This document shows positions 9,872-19,438 of a stretch of DNA of 64,000 bases, in pieces. This DNA comes from a bacterium. Lineage in GTDB: Bacteria; Patescibacteriota; Minisyncoccia; UBA6257; UBA9933. A model generated the notes under the pieces. The model was given only the letters and a program-made list of their open reading frames with translations. It searched no databases and was not told the DNA's origin. The stretch's first letter is position 1. The number at the start of each line of letters is the position of its first letter. A program made the position numbers and the translations under genes. The stretch covers positions 144,360 to 208,359 of the forward strand of contig JAJYHZ010000001.1 of the NCBI GenBank assembly GCA_021796335.1. Direction: 5' to 3'.

Positions 9872-10438
9872 ATGAGTAAAGTCGGAAAAAAACCAATTTT
9901 AATACCTGAAGGAATCACTGCTGCAGACGACCGGGGAATTTTGATATTCAAAAAAGGAAACGAGGAAGTTAAAATATCCGTTCTCCCTTACGTTAAAGTT
10001 GAAATAAAAGAAGAAACCGATGAAAACGGTAAAAATTTAAGAACTGTAAACTTTTCAACTCATAGTGGCATTAAACAGGCCAGAGCTAACTGGGGCACTA
10101 TTCGAGCTCTGACAAATAACATTATCGAAGGCCTGGAAAAAGGATTTAAAAAAGCTTTAGAAATTGAAGGAATCGGATACAGGGCGATGATGGACGGCGA
10201 AAACCTTGTTTTAAATATCGGGTATTCTCATCCCGTTAAATACAACCCCAGAAAAGGAATCAAAATTTCAGTTGAAAAAAACGTCATTACTGTCGCCGGT
10301 ATGGATAAATCCTTAGTGGGGCAAACCGCGGCTGAAATCCGAAAAATCAAAAAGCCGGAACCGTATAAAGGAAAGGGAATTAGATATCAGGGCGAAATCA
10401 TCAGAAGAAAAGCCGGAAAGAAAACCGGTACCAAATAA
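9872..10438 (+). CDS. rplF: 50S ribosomal protein L6
   Basis: MSKVGKKPI, PEPYKGKGIRY. Confidence 0.98.
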   Translation: MSKVGKKPILIPEGITAADDRGILIFKKGNEEVKISVLPYVKVEIKEETDENGKNLRTVNFSTHSGIKQARANWGTIRALTNNIIEGLEKGFKKALEIEGIGYRAMMDGENLVLNIGYSHPVKYNPRKGIKISVEKNVITVAGMDKSLVGQTAAEIRKIKKPEPYKGKGIRYQGEIIRRKAGKKTGTK

Positions 10439-10444
10439 AAACCG

Positions 10445-10807
10445 ATGAATAATAAAAAAATATTAAACAAAATAAGAGAAAAAAGATCCGCCCGTTCAAG
10501 AGCCAGGATTTTTGGCACCGCTCAAAAGCCGAGGTTGTCAGTTTTTCGCAGCAATAATTTCACCTATGTCCAATTGATTAACGACTCGGACGGAAAGACT
10601 TTGGTTAGCGCCTCAACAAGAGAATTAAAGAAAAAATCAGAAAAAAATACCAAAACTCAGGAAGCGATTTCGTTAGGTTCTTTGATTTCAAAAAAAGCAT
10701 TGGAAAAAAATATCAAATCGGCTGTTTTTGACAGAGGAAGCTATAAATATCACGGTCGCATAAAAGCAGTGGCTGAAGAAGCCAGAAAGTCGGGACTAAA
10801 AATATAA
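10445..10807 (+). CDS. rplR: 50S ribosomal protein L18
   Basis: PRLSVFRSN, FDRGSYKYHGRIKA. Confidence 0.98.
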   Translation: MNNKKILNKIREKRSARSRARIFGTAQKPRLSVFRSNNFTYVQLINDSDGKTLVSASTRELKKKSEKNTKTQEAISLGSLISKKALEKNIKSAVFDRGSYKYHGRIKAVAEEARKSGLKI

Positions 10808-10825
10808 AATTTAAAAATTTTTAAC

Positions 10826-11302
10826 GTGGAACAAAAATTCAAGCGAGAAAAAATTAAATCGGAATTTAAAGAAAAGATTCTAGACTTAAGGCGAGTTACG
10901 CGTGTCGTTGCCGGAGGCAAAAGAATGAGCTTTCGCGCGACGGTTATACTCGGCGATGAAATGGGCAGAATTGGCTTGGGTATCGGAAAAGGACTCGATG
11001 TCGCTCAGGCAGTTGATAAGGCAAAGGCCAAGGCCAAAAAAAACATGCTTGCGGTTAATTTGAAAGGAAGAACCATCCCTCATGAAATTGAAGCCAAATA
11101 CGGTGCAGCTTCTGTCATTATTAAACCTGCCAAACTGGGTCGCGGCCTTAAAGCTGGCGGTGCTACCCGAAGCGTTTTATTTTTGGCGGGCATTAAAGAT
11201 GCTACCGCAAAAATCCTGGGAACCACAAAAAACAAATTAACCAATGCGACTGCAACGATAGAAGCTTTGAAATCTATAAAAAAAATTAAAAAAAGTTCAT
11301 AG
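10826..11302 (+). CDS. rpsE: 30S ribosomal protein S5
   Basis: RVTRVVAGGKRMSF, TIPHE, AGG. Confidence 0.97.
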   Translation: MEQKFKREKIKSEFKEKILDLRRVTRVVAGGKRMSFRATVILGDEMGRIGLGIGKGLDVAQAVDKAKAKAKKNMLAVNLKGRTIPHEIEAKYGAASVIIKPAKLGRGLKAGGATRSVLFLAGIKDATAKILGTTKNKLTNATATIEALKSIKKIKKSS

Positions 11303-11383
11303 ATTTATAAAATTAGTAAGGTTTATAAAGTAAATACATTAATATTTAACATTATAGCTTTAAAAACTTTATAAACTGAATGT

Positions 11384-11806
11384 ATGCAACTACATCAAAT
11401 TGAAAAACCGAATAATTTAAAAAGCCCAAAGCGAGTCGGTCGCGGAGGAAAACGCGGAACTTTTTCCGGCAAGGGAACAAAAGGGCAAAAAGCCCGCGCC
11501 GGTCATCGCATTCGACCCGCCATTCGTGATTTAGTTATCAGAATCCCTAAATTAAAAGGATTTAAAAATAAACCGCTTATTTCCGCTCCGATTGCGGTCA
11601 GTTTAAAAGATATTGAAGCGAAAGTTTCGGAAAATACGATTACGCGCGAATCTTTAATTAAAGCCGGACTCTTAAAAAAATCAGAAAAAAGGGTTAAAAT
11701 CCTCTCAAACGGGGAACTTAAAAAATCACGCACCTTTAAAGGCCTTAAAGTTTCTAAAAATGCAAAAGAAAAAATCGAAGCAGCTGGCGGTAAGGTTGAG
11801 GCCTAA
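11384..11806 (+). CDS. rplO: 50S ribosomal protein L15
   Basis: RVGRG, GKGTKGQKARAG, KIEAAGG. Confidence 0.97.
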   Translation: MQLHQIEKPNNLKSPKRVGRGGKRGTFSGKGTKGQKARAGHRIRPAIRDLVIRIPKLKGFKNKPLISAPIAVSLKDIEAKVSENTITRESLIKAGLLKKSEKRVKILSNGELKKSRTFKGLKVSKNAKEKIEAAGGKVEA

Positions 11807-11836
11807 GGGTTGTTTTGTGTTTTTATTTAAATAAAC

Positions 11837-13105
11837 GTGGATAAAATATTAAAAATTTTTAAAATCAAAGAGGTTCGCAATAAAATTCTGATCGTTGCCG
11901 GTCTTTTGGTTGCCTTTCGCGTTTTAGCCGCCATTCCCATACCCGGGATTGATGCGGTCCGTTTGAGGGAATTTTTCAATTCCAGTCAACTTTTCGGATT
12001 TCTCGGACTGATGACCGGAGGTACTCTCAGTAATGTCTCGATTATCATGCTGAGCGTCGCTCCATACATCACTGCAACGATTATTATGCAGCTTTTAACC
12101 ATGATATTTCCCAAATTAAAGGAAATGTATTATGAAGAAGGAGCTGCAGGTCAGGCTAAATTTAACAGAATCTCCAGATATATAACCGTGCCATTAGCCA
12201 TGCTTCAGGGCTATGGCTTTCTAAATTTATTGGTATCAAAAGGAGCGCTCGCGCCCCTTGGTTTCTTTGATTTGATAAAAAACGTAATTATCATTACTGC
12301 CGGTTCTATGGTGGTTATGTGGCTTGGAGAACTAATTACCGAACAAAAAATCGGAAACGGAATTTCTCTCATTATTTTTGCCGGTATTGTCAGTCGCTTG
12401 CCCGGTTCCATTATTAATGCCTACCAACTGCTTAGTTCTGATGCTAGTCAGCTTCCGACCTATATTGCTTTTGTGATTATCGCAATTATTGTTGTCGCCG
12501 GAGTCGTTTTAGTTAATGAAGGCGAAAGAAAAATACCGGTTTCCTATGCCAAACAGATTCGGGGCAGCAAAATGTACGGGGGAGTTTCCAGTTATCTGCC
12601 CATTAAAGTCAATCAGGCGGGTGTTATTCCCATTATTTTTGCAATTTCAGTTTTGCTTTTTCCGCAGTTTATTGCACAGATTAGCGCTATTTTTTCCAAA
12701 ACTTTTTCCGTGAAAATGATTGATTTTGTGAATAATTTTATGAATCCGCAAACAATTACCTACGGTATTATTTATTTTCTCCTCGTATTTCTTTTTACGT
12801 ATTTTTACACAGCCATTACTTTTGACCCGCAGGAAATTTCCAAGAATTTACAGAGGTCGGGCGGATTTATTACCGGAATCAGACCCGGAGAATCGACCGC
12901 AGTCCATCTTTCTAAAATCATAAGCAGAATTACTCTTTGGGGAGCTATTGCTTTAGGTTTGATTGCTATTCTTCCCAATATTCTTCAATTGATAACCGGC
13001 GTTTCAATTTTAACCATCGGTGGAACAGCTGTTTTAATCGTTGTTGCTGTTGCACTTGATACGATCGATCAGATTAACTCCCAGCTGTTGATTCGCGAAT
13101 ACTAA
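11837..13105 (+). CDS. secY: Preprotein translocase SecY
   Basis: PYITATIIMQLL, IGNGISLIIFAGI, AGVIPIIFA, GIRPG. Confidence 0.98.
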   Translation: MDKILKIFKIKEVRNKILIVAGLLVAFRVLAAIPIPGIDAVRLREFFNSSQLFGFLGLMTGGTLSNVSIIMLSVAPYITATIIMQLLTMIFPKLKEMYYEEGAAGQAKFNRISRYITVPLAMLQGYGFLNLLVSKGALAPLGFFDLIKNVIIITAGSMVVMWLGELITEQKIGNGISLIIFAGIVSRLPGSIINAYQLLSSDASQLPTYIAFVIIAIIVVAGVVLVNEGERKIPVSYAKQIRGSKMYGGVSSYLPIKVNQAGVIPIIFAISVLLFPQFIAQISAIFSKTFSVKMIDFVNNFMNPQTITYGIIYFLLVFLFTYFYTAITFDPQEISKNLQRSGGFITGIRPGESTAVHLSKIISRITLWGAIALGLIAILPNILQLITGVSILTIGGTAVLIVVAVALDTIDQINSQLLIREY

Positions 13106-13173
13106 ATCCGTCATTATTTGGGAATTAGAAATTTTTTGTTGAAAATCCGTAGATCTTCAAAAAAATCTAAAAT

Positions 13174-13893
13174 ATGGCGTCCAAAAACAAAAAAAATTCT
13201 AAGCTTGCTATTATATTTTACGGTTCCCCCGGTTCGGGGAAAGGAACTCAAGCAAAATTATTAGCCGACAAACTTGGTCTCTATCATTTCGACACAGGTG
13301 ATTTTTTGAGGAAGATTCTCAATAATCCGGTTTTGACAAAAAATAAAGAGATTATTAAAGAAAGAAAGTTAAACAGATCGGGGAAATTAAATAGTCCTTC
13401 TTGGGTTTTGAAGATAATTTCCAAACAGGCCGAAACAATTTCCAAATTGGGCCAGTCAATCGTTTTCAGCGGATCGCCGCGCACTCAGTATGAGGCTTTT
13501 GGCGTCGATCCGGCCGGCAAGTACAAGCCAACTGCTGGTTTGCTCAAAATTCTTGAGAAAGAATACGGTAAAAGGAATATTTTTATATTCGATTTGGAAA
13601 TTCCGGAATCGGAAACCGTAAAAAGAAATTCCAAACGGACTACGTGTACGGTTTGCAAAGCGGCACTTATGGCAGAATTTTCCAGCGTAAAAAAATGCCC
13701 GTTTTGCGGAGCTCCTGTTGAACATCGAATTGATGATGATAAAAATATTATAACTGAGCGCCTGAAAGAATATCACAACAGGACATTCCCGATTATCGCC
13801 GAAGCCCGAAAGCGCAAATACAACATCATTAAAATTGACGGCACTCCGCCTCCCTTTGAAATCCATAAAAAAATAATTTCTTATTTCAGCTGA
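13174..13893 (+). CDS. adk: Adenylate kinase (divergent, Zn-type LID)
   Basis: GSPGSGKGTQA, GSPRT, CxxC...CxxC, R.DD; after secY. Confidence 0.88.
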   Translation: MASKNKKNSKLAIIFYGSPGSGKGTQAKLLADKLGLYHFDTGDFLRKILNNPVLTKNKEIIKERKLNRSGKLNSPSWVLKIISKQAETISKLGQSIVFSGSPRTQYEAFGVDPAGKYKPTAGLLKILEKEYGKRNIFIFDLEIPESETVKRNSKRTTCTVCKAALMAEFSSVKKCPFCGAPVEHRIDDDKNIITERLKEYHNRTFPIIAEARKRKYNIIKIDGTPPPFEIHKKIISYFS

Positions 13894-14651
13894 TGGTAAA
13901 AATTTATTCACAGGAACAAGTTGCAAAAATAAAACAATCCGGCCGAATATTGGCGCGGATTTTAAAAATCCTCAAAAACGAGGCGAAAATAGGAATTTCT
14001 CTCAAATATTTGGACAATCTTGCTTTCCGGTTGGCTAAAGAAAGTGGCGCCGAACCGGCTTTTTTCAACTATCAGCCGGATGGAGCGGAGTATCCATATA
14101 TGGCTTCTGTCTGCACTTCCTTGAATAATGTTATTGTCCATGGTTTCCCAACTGACTATAAACTGGTATCCGGGGATGTTTTAAAAATTGATTTCGGGAT
14201 CAAATATAAGGGATATTATTCCGATTCCGCCGCTACGATTATTATCGGAAAAAGCTCGCCTGTTGCAAAAAATCTATCCAGAGCAACACAAAAAGCCTTG
14301 GAAGAAGCTATTAAAATCGCCAAACCAGGAAGTCATTTGGGCGATATTGGCTGGGCAATCGAAAAAACCGCCAAGAAATATAAGGTAAGAGTAATAAAAG
14401 GATTGACAGGCCACGGCGTCGGATTAAATCTTCATGAGGATCCCATTATCTACAACTATGGCAATAAGGGGGAGGGGCTTGAGCTTAAAGCCGGCATGGT
14501 TTTAGCTATTGAACCGATGTTTTCCGTCGGAACAAACGATACGATTCAGTTGAGGGATGAAAGCTGGGCCACTCGTGATAATTCTTTATCGGCCCATTTT
14601 GAACACACTATTGCAATTACCGAAAAAGGTTCGGAAATTCTTACAAAATAA
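13893..14651 (+). CDS. map: Methionine aminopeptidase type I
   Basis: HGFP, GHGVG..LHEDP, AIEPM, AHFEHT. Confidence 0.97.
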   Translation: MVKIYSQEQVAKIKQSGRILARILKILKNEAKIGISLKYLDNLAFRLAKESGAEPAFFNYQPDGAEYPYMASVCTSLNNVIVHGFPTDYKLVSGDVLKIDFGIKYKGYYSDSAATIIIGKSSPVAKNLSRATQKALEEAIKIAKPGSHLGDIGWAIEKTAKKYKVRVIKGLTGHGVGLNLHEDPIIYNYGNKGEGLELKAGMVLAIEPMFSVGTNDTIQLRDESWATRDNSLSAHFEHTIAITEKGSEILTK

Positions 14652-14757
14652 TCGAAATTTTTTAAACAAACTTTAAATAAAATTTTTTCGATCCCGTATA
14701 TCGCAGGCAGGCGCAAAAGAAATTCATCCGTTATCCGCAGAGAAATTTTTAAATATT

Positions 14758-15600
14758 ATGGAATCTAAAATTACTAAAATAAAATTTTATAAACGCACCG
14801 GCAACATACTTGCAAAAAGATGGGAAATTAAAATAAAAAAATGGCTTGAAGAAAAACACCCCGAAATAAAAATAACCGGAATATCTCCGGATGCAATTAT
14901 AGCTCTTGGCGGTGACGGAACGATTTTGGAAGCGGCCCGCAAATGCGTTGCCGCTGATGTTTTACTCGTCGGTTTGAATCTCGGCACAGTCGGATTTTTG
15001 GCATCAGTCTACGATTCAGAAAAATTTTTTTCTTCCTTGGAAAAGATTTTTTTGGGAAAGTATTTTATCAGCGAACGGATGATGCTTGATATTAGAACTT
15101 TCCGGAATAAAAAAACAGTCTTTGAAACAAATGCCTTAAACGAACTTGCCATTATTAATCCGCTGGGTATGGTCGAAACCGAAGTTTTCGCGCATGATTT
15201 TCAATTGCAAAAAATCAAAGGAACTGGTGTTATTATAGCCACCCCGACCGGCTCGACCGCTCTAAATCTATCCGCTCACGGGCCTGTCGTTATGCCGGAA
15301 TTGAAAGCATTTATCATAACCGAACTACTTGATCACAATATCCCCACTCCGAGCATGATTTTAAATCCGGATCAAGTAATAACCGTCAAAATTGCAAACT
15401 TCAGAAAAAAACATCTTCTGAAAATTTCTGATTCTAATATACCGGCGGAAGTAATATTGTCCGCTGACGGAGAAATAGTATTCTCCTTGGAAATTGGAGA
15501 TAAAGTTGAGATCCGGCAATCTTCGCATTTTGCCAAATTTTGCGAACTGGGAAAATACGGTTTTTTAAATCGCCTTCAGGAAAAATTTGACTTTAAATAA
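14758..15600 (+). CDS. nadK: NAD kinase
   Basis: GGDGT, NE, ATPTGSTA..LSAHGP. Confidence 0.92.
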   Translation: MESKITKIKFYKRTGNILAKRWEIKIKKWLEEKHPEIKITGISPDAIIALGGDGTILEAARKCVAADVLLVGLNLGTVGFLASVYDSEKFFSSLEKIFLGKYFISERMMLDIRTFRNKKTVFETNALNELAIINPLGMVETEVFAHDFQLQKIKGTGVIIATPTGSTALNLSAHGPVVMPELKAFIITELLDHNIPTPSMILNPDQVITVKIANFRKKHLLKISDSNIPAEVILSADGEIVFSLEIGDKVEIRQSSHFAKFCELGKYGFLNRLQEKFDFK

Positions 15601-15717
15601 AATAAAAGATTATTTCAAATCAATATGTCGAATTTGTTGATTTAAAAAATAATTTGATATATAATTTTATTTAACTGGAACAATATTGATACTCGGACAA
15701 ACTATTAAAAATTTAAA

Positions 15718-16467
15718 ATGAAACCGTATTTATCCATAATAATTCCCGCGTATAATGAAGCAAAAGTTCTGCCGATCACTTTATTAGATATCAATAAGGC
15801 TCTTAGTAAAGCAGATTTCACTTATGAGATTGTCGTTGTCGATAATAATTCAACTGACCATACCCGTGAGATTATTCAGCGCTTACAGGCAGGCATAAAA
15901 GAGTTGCGCGTCGAAGAATGTGTTGAACAAGGCAAAGCTAATGCCGTAAAAACCGGAATGCTGAATGCTAAAGGCGAGATTAGATTATTTATGGATGCCG
16001 ATAATTCAACCGACATTGATCAATTTTTTCAAATGATCCCTTACTTTAAACAGGGATATAATGTGGTTATCGGTTCTCGCGATATCAAAGGAGCGAAACT
16101 TATTCCTCCTCAGCCGTGGTATAGGCGAATTGCCGGGGATATGGGAAACATAGTCATTCAAATTCTTCTTCTTTGGGGAATGTGGGATACACAATGCGGC
16201 TTTAAGGCATTTACTGAAAGAGCGGTTAATCAGGTTTTCCCGCTGGCTAAAAATAAGCATTGGGCATTTGATGTCGAGATCCTCTCGTTGGCAAAAAAAT
16301 TTGGATACAAAATAAAAGAAGTTCCAGTTATCTGGAAAAACAGTCCGTCTCACAATATCCATGTTTCAACTTATTTTGAATTTTTAATTGACGTGTTCAA
16401 AATAAAATGGCGGATAATGACCTTCAAAAAAAGCTATAATTTAAAAGAAATTGCGAAACCGGTTTAA
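15718..16467 (+). CDS. Glycosyltransferase family 2 (polyprenol-phosphate glycosyltransferase-like)
   Basis: IIPAYNE, DAD, DTQCGFK, FDVEIL. Confidence 0.9.
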   Translation: MKPYLSIIIPAYNEAKVLPITLLDINKALSKADFTYEIVVVDNNSTDHTREIIQRLQAGIKELRVEECVEQGKANAVKTGMLNAKGEIRLFMDADNSTDIDQFFQMIPYFKQGYNVVIGSRDIKGAKLIPPQPWYRRIAGDMGNIVIQILLLWGMWDTQCGFKAFTERAVNQVFPLAKNKHWAFDVEILSLAKKFGYKIKEVPVIWKNSPSHNIHVSTYFEFLIDVFKIKWRIMTFKKSYNLKEIAKPV

Positions 16468-16621
16468 TTCGATTAAATTTAAAAGCACTCGAATTTTCCT
16501 CATAAAATCAAGTATTTTATGAGGTTGCAATTCTCCTAAAAACCTATAAAATCAATTAAGCTTAAAAATCGAAATTCGAAGCAGAGTTAAAATTCTGTTC
16601 GTTTGAGAGTTAGGCGCAACA

Positions 16622-17077
16622 ATGAAACACTACCTGTCAAAAGAAAAATTTGAAGAATTAAAAAACGAACTTGAAACACTTAAGAAAGAAGGCCGTGCCG
16701 ATATCGCCGAGCGTTTAAAAAGAGCCAAAGAATTCGGAGATCTTTCCGAGAATGCGGAATATTCCGAAGCAAAAGAAGCTCAATCCAAAATAGAAGCCAG
16801 AATAATCGAACTGGAAAATATTCTAAGAAACAGCGATATTATTAAAAAAGGCGGCAATAAAGGAATTATTGAAATTGGCGCAACTATAACTGTTGAAAAA
16901 AGCGGGAAGAAAATAAATTATACGATTGTCGGATCCAAAGAGGCCAGTCCGGAAAAAAATCTCATTTCAAACGAATCGCCTTTGGGGCGCGCTTTCATGG
17001 GCAAGAAAGTCGGCGACAAGGTTCAGGTGGAAACCCCGAAAGGTAAATCGGAATATAAAATATTGGTAATAAATTAA
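16622..17077 (+). CDS. greA: Transcription elongation factor GreA
   Basis: GDLSENAEY, ISNESPLGRA. Confidence 0.97.
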   Translation: MKHYLSKEKFEELKNELETLKKEGRADIAERLKRAKEFGDLSENAEYSEAKEAQSKIEARIIELENILRNSDIIKKGGNKGIIEIGATITVEKSGKKINYTIVGSKEASPEKNLISNESPLGRAFMGKKVGDKVQVETPKGKSEYKILVIN

Positions 17078-17139
17078 AATACAAATTTGAATTTTTTAAA
17101 TTTTCTAATTTCTAGTAACTAAATACCAATCACTAATCA

Positions 17140-18726
17140 ATGTTTTGGGGAGATAAAATCGTTGAAGAAATTAAAAAAGAATATAAAAATAAGATCGGCT
17201 CAAACGAGCCGCTTATCATTCGTGATGAAAAAACCGCTTCCGGACGCGTCCATGTCGGATCTTTGAGGGGCGTTGCCATTCACGGAACAATTTCCGAAAT
17301 CTTGACTGAACAAAACATAAAAAATAAATTTATTTTTGAAATAAACGATTTTGATCCAATGGACGGTTTACCTATTTATCTTGATAAAGATAAATTTTTT
17401 CCACATATGGGCAAACCGCTATGCAATGTCCCGTCTCCGGATAGTAAGGCAAAAAATTATGCCGAATATTTCGCGCAAGAGTTTGTCGGCGTTATTGAAG
17501 AAATCGGCTTCCATCCCGAGTATTACCGCTTAAGCGATTTATACAAAACCGGAAAATTTAATGGTGCAATAAAGATCGCGCTGGAAAATGCCGGTAAGAT
17601 TCGTGAAATTTATAAAAAAGTTTCCGGACAGGTTAAGTCGGAAGAATGGATGCCTTTGCAGGTAGTTTGTGAAAACTGCGGCAAAATCGGGACTACAAAA
17701 GTCATTAATTTCAATGGTGAAAAAGTTGAATATATTTGTGAGAAAAATATGGTGAGATGGGCGGAGGGCTGCGGATGCCGCGGCAAAATTTCTCCGTTTG
17801 ACGGGAATGCCAAATTGCCTTGGAAAGTCGAATGGGCTGCCAAATTTTCCGTTTTGAACGTCGATATTGAAGGCGCCGGAAAAGATCATTCGACCAAAGG
17901 CGGATCGCGTGAAATCGCAGATGCGATTTCCAGGGAAGTTTTCAACCGAAAACCGCCCTTTAATATTTCCTATGAATTTTTTTTGGTTGAAGGCAAGAAA
18001 ATGTCATCTTCAAAAGGAGCCGGTGCTTCTTCCCGGGAAATTGCGGATTTACTTCCGCCGGAATTGGTCCGATTGCTTTTAATCGGGAAAGATCCGAAGC
18101 GTGTTATTGATTTTATTCCAGACGGAGACACTATCCCGGTGCTTTACGATACTTATGATAAAATGGCCGGACTATATTTTCAAAATATTAAAGATGATTT
18201 CAATCGCGCGTTCATCTTAAGTCAAAAATCGGAAAATCGCGGTAATATAGAAGAAATTTTTTTGCCCAGATTTTCCCAAATCGCGTCCGCAGTTCAGATG
18301 CCGCATGTGAATTTATATGAAGCGGTTGAAAAAATGAAAGGTGCTCCGCTAACCGGTTTGGATAAAAAAGAAACTGACTGTCGGGTACAATATGCTCAAA
18401 ATTGGCTTAAAACTTATGCTCCCGATGACTTCAAATTTAAGCTACAAGAGCAAATTCCCGAAGCCGCAAAACAATTCAATAATAAACAAAAGCAAGCCCT
18501 CAAGCTTTTATTGAATTACGTTAAATCCCAAAAAGAATTGGATGGTCAGGTACTACATACTCATCTGCATGAAATAAAAAGCGAGACTGGGATTGTCCCG
18601 CAAGAATTATTCAGTGCAATTTATATCAGTTTTTTAAATAAGCGAAGTGGTCCAAAAGCCGGGTGGTTTTTGAGCGTTTTGGATAAAAAATTCCTTGAGA
18701 AAAGATTGGAAGAAGTTATTAAATAA
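17140..18726 (+). CDS. lysS: Lysine--tRNA ligase, class I
   Basis: SGRVHVG (HIGH-like), KMSSSKG, KLPWKVEW, GKDH. Confidence 0.93.
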   Translation: MFWGDKIVEEIKKEYKNKIGSNEPLIIRDEKTASGRVHVGSLRGVAIHGTISEILTEQNIKNKFIFEINDFDPMDGLPIYLDKDKFFPHMGKPLCNVPSPDSKAKNYAEYFAQEFVGVIEEIGFHPEYYRLSDLYKTGKFNGAIKIALENAGKIREIYKKVSGQVKSEEWMPLQVVCENCGKIGTTKVINFNGEKVEYICEKNMVRWAEGCGCRGKISPFDGNAKLPWKVEWAAKFSVLNVDIEGAGKDHSTKGGSREIADAISREVFNRKPPFNISYEFFLVEGKKMSSSKGAGASSREIADLLPPELVRLLLIGKDPKRVIDFIPDGDTIPVLYDTYDKMAGLYFQNIKDDFNRAFILSQKSENRGNIEEIFLPRFSQIASAVQMPHVNLYEAVEKMKGAPLTGLDKKETDCRVQYAQNWLKTYAPDDFKFKLQEQIPEAAKQFNNKQKQALKLLLNYVKSQKELDGQVLHTHLHEIKSETGIVPQELFSAIYISFLNKRSGPKAGWFLSVLDKKFLEKRLEEVIK

Positions 18727-18727
18727 T

Positions 18728-19324
18728 ATGATTACAGTAAAAGAAAATTTAGGGATTGATTATTTGCAAGCTCAAGAACTGCTTGAAAAATATATTTCAA
18801 ATAAAAATACCAGACTGCATTCGATTGAAACCGAAGCAATTATGCGGAAATTGGCAAAGCATTTCGGCGAGAATGAAGAAGAATGGGGGATTATCGGTTT
18901 GCTTCACGATATTGACTGGGATCTTACAAAAGAAAACACAATTGAACATTGCAGGAAATCAATCGAAATTCTAAAAAATGCCGGTGCGACAAGTTTCTTA
19001 ATCGAGGCGGTTATTTCTCATGGCTATGGAAATAATTTATGCGGAGCTCCTCAAGACAAGCAGCGAAAAACAACGCTTCAATATTGTCTTGCTTCGGCCG
19101 AAACCGTTACAGGATTAATAATTGCCGCTTCATTAATGCAGCCGGAGAGAAGTGTTTTAAATTTGAAATTAGAATCCTTAAAGAAAAAATTCAAAGACAA
19201 AAAATTTGCTGCGAATTGCAATCGTGATGTTATTTTAGAATGCGAAAAAACCGGCGTCCCGCTCGATGATTTTCTCAAATTAAGTCTGGAATCCCTACAA
19301 GAAATAAGCGATAAATTGGCCTAA
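18728..19324 (+). CDS. HDIG-domain phosphohydrolase
   Basis: GLLHDID, KKKFKDKKFAA. Confidence 0.85.
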   Translation: MITVKENLGIDYLQAQELLEKYISNKNTRLHSIETEAIMRKLAKHFGENEEEWGIIGLLHDIDWDLTKENTIEHCRKSIEILKNAGATSFLIEAVISHGYGNNLCGAPQDKQRKTTLQYCLASAETVTGLIIAASLMQPERSVLNLKLESLKKKFKDKKFAANCNRDVILECEKTGVPLDDFLKLSLESLQEISDKLA

Positions 19325-19438
19325 TTTCCCGTTTATCATATCCTTCCAACTTTCTATTTTCTGAATTATACTTTAACTGTATTGCATTTATTTAATTCTC
19401 CTAAATCCCAATTCTAACTATTAAAATTCTATTTAAAA

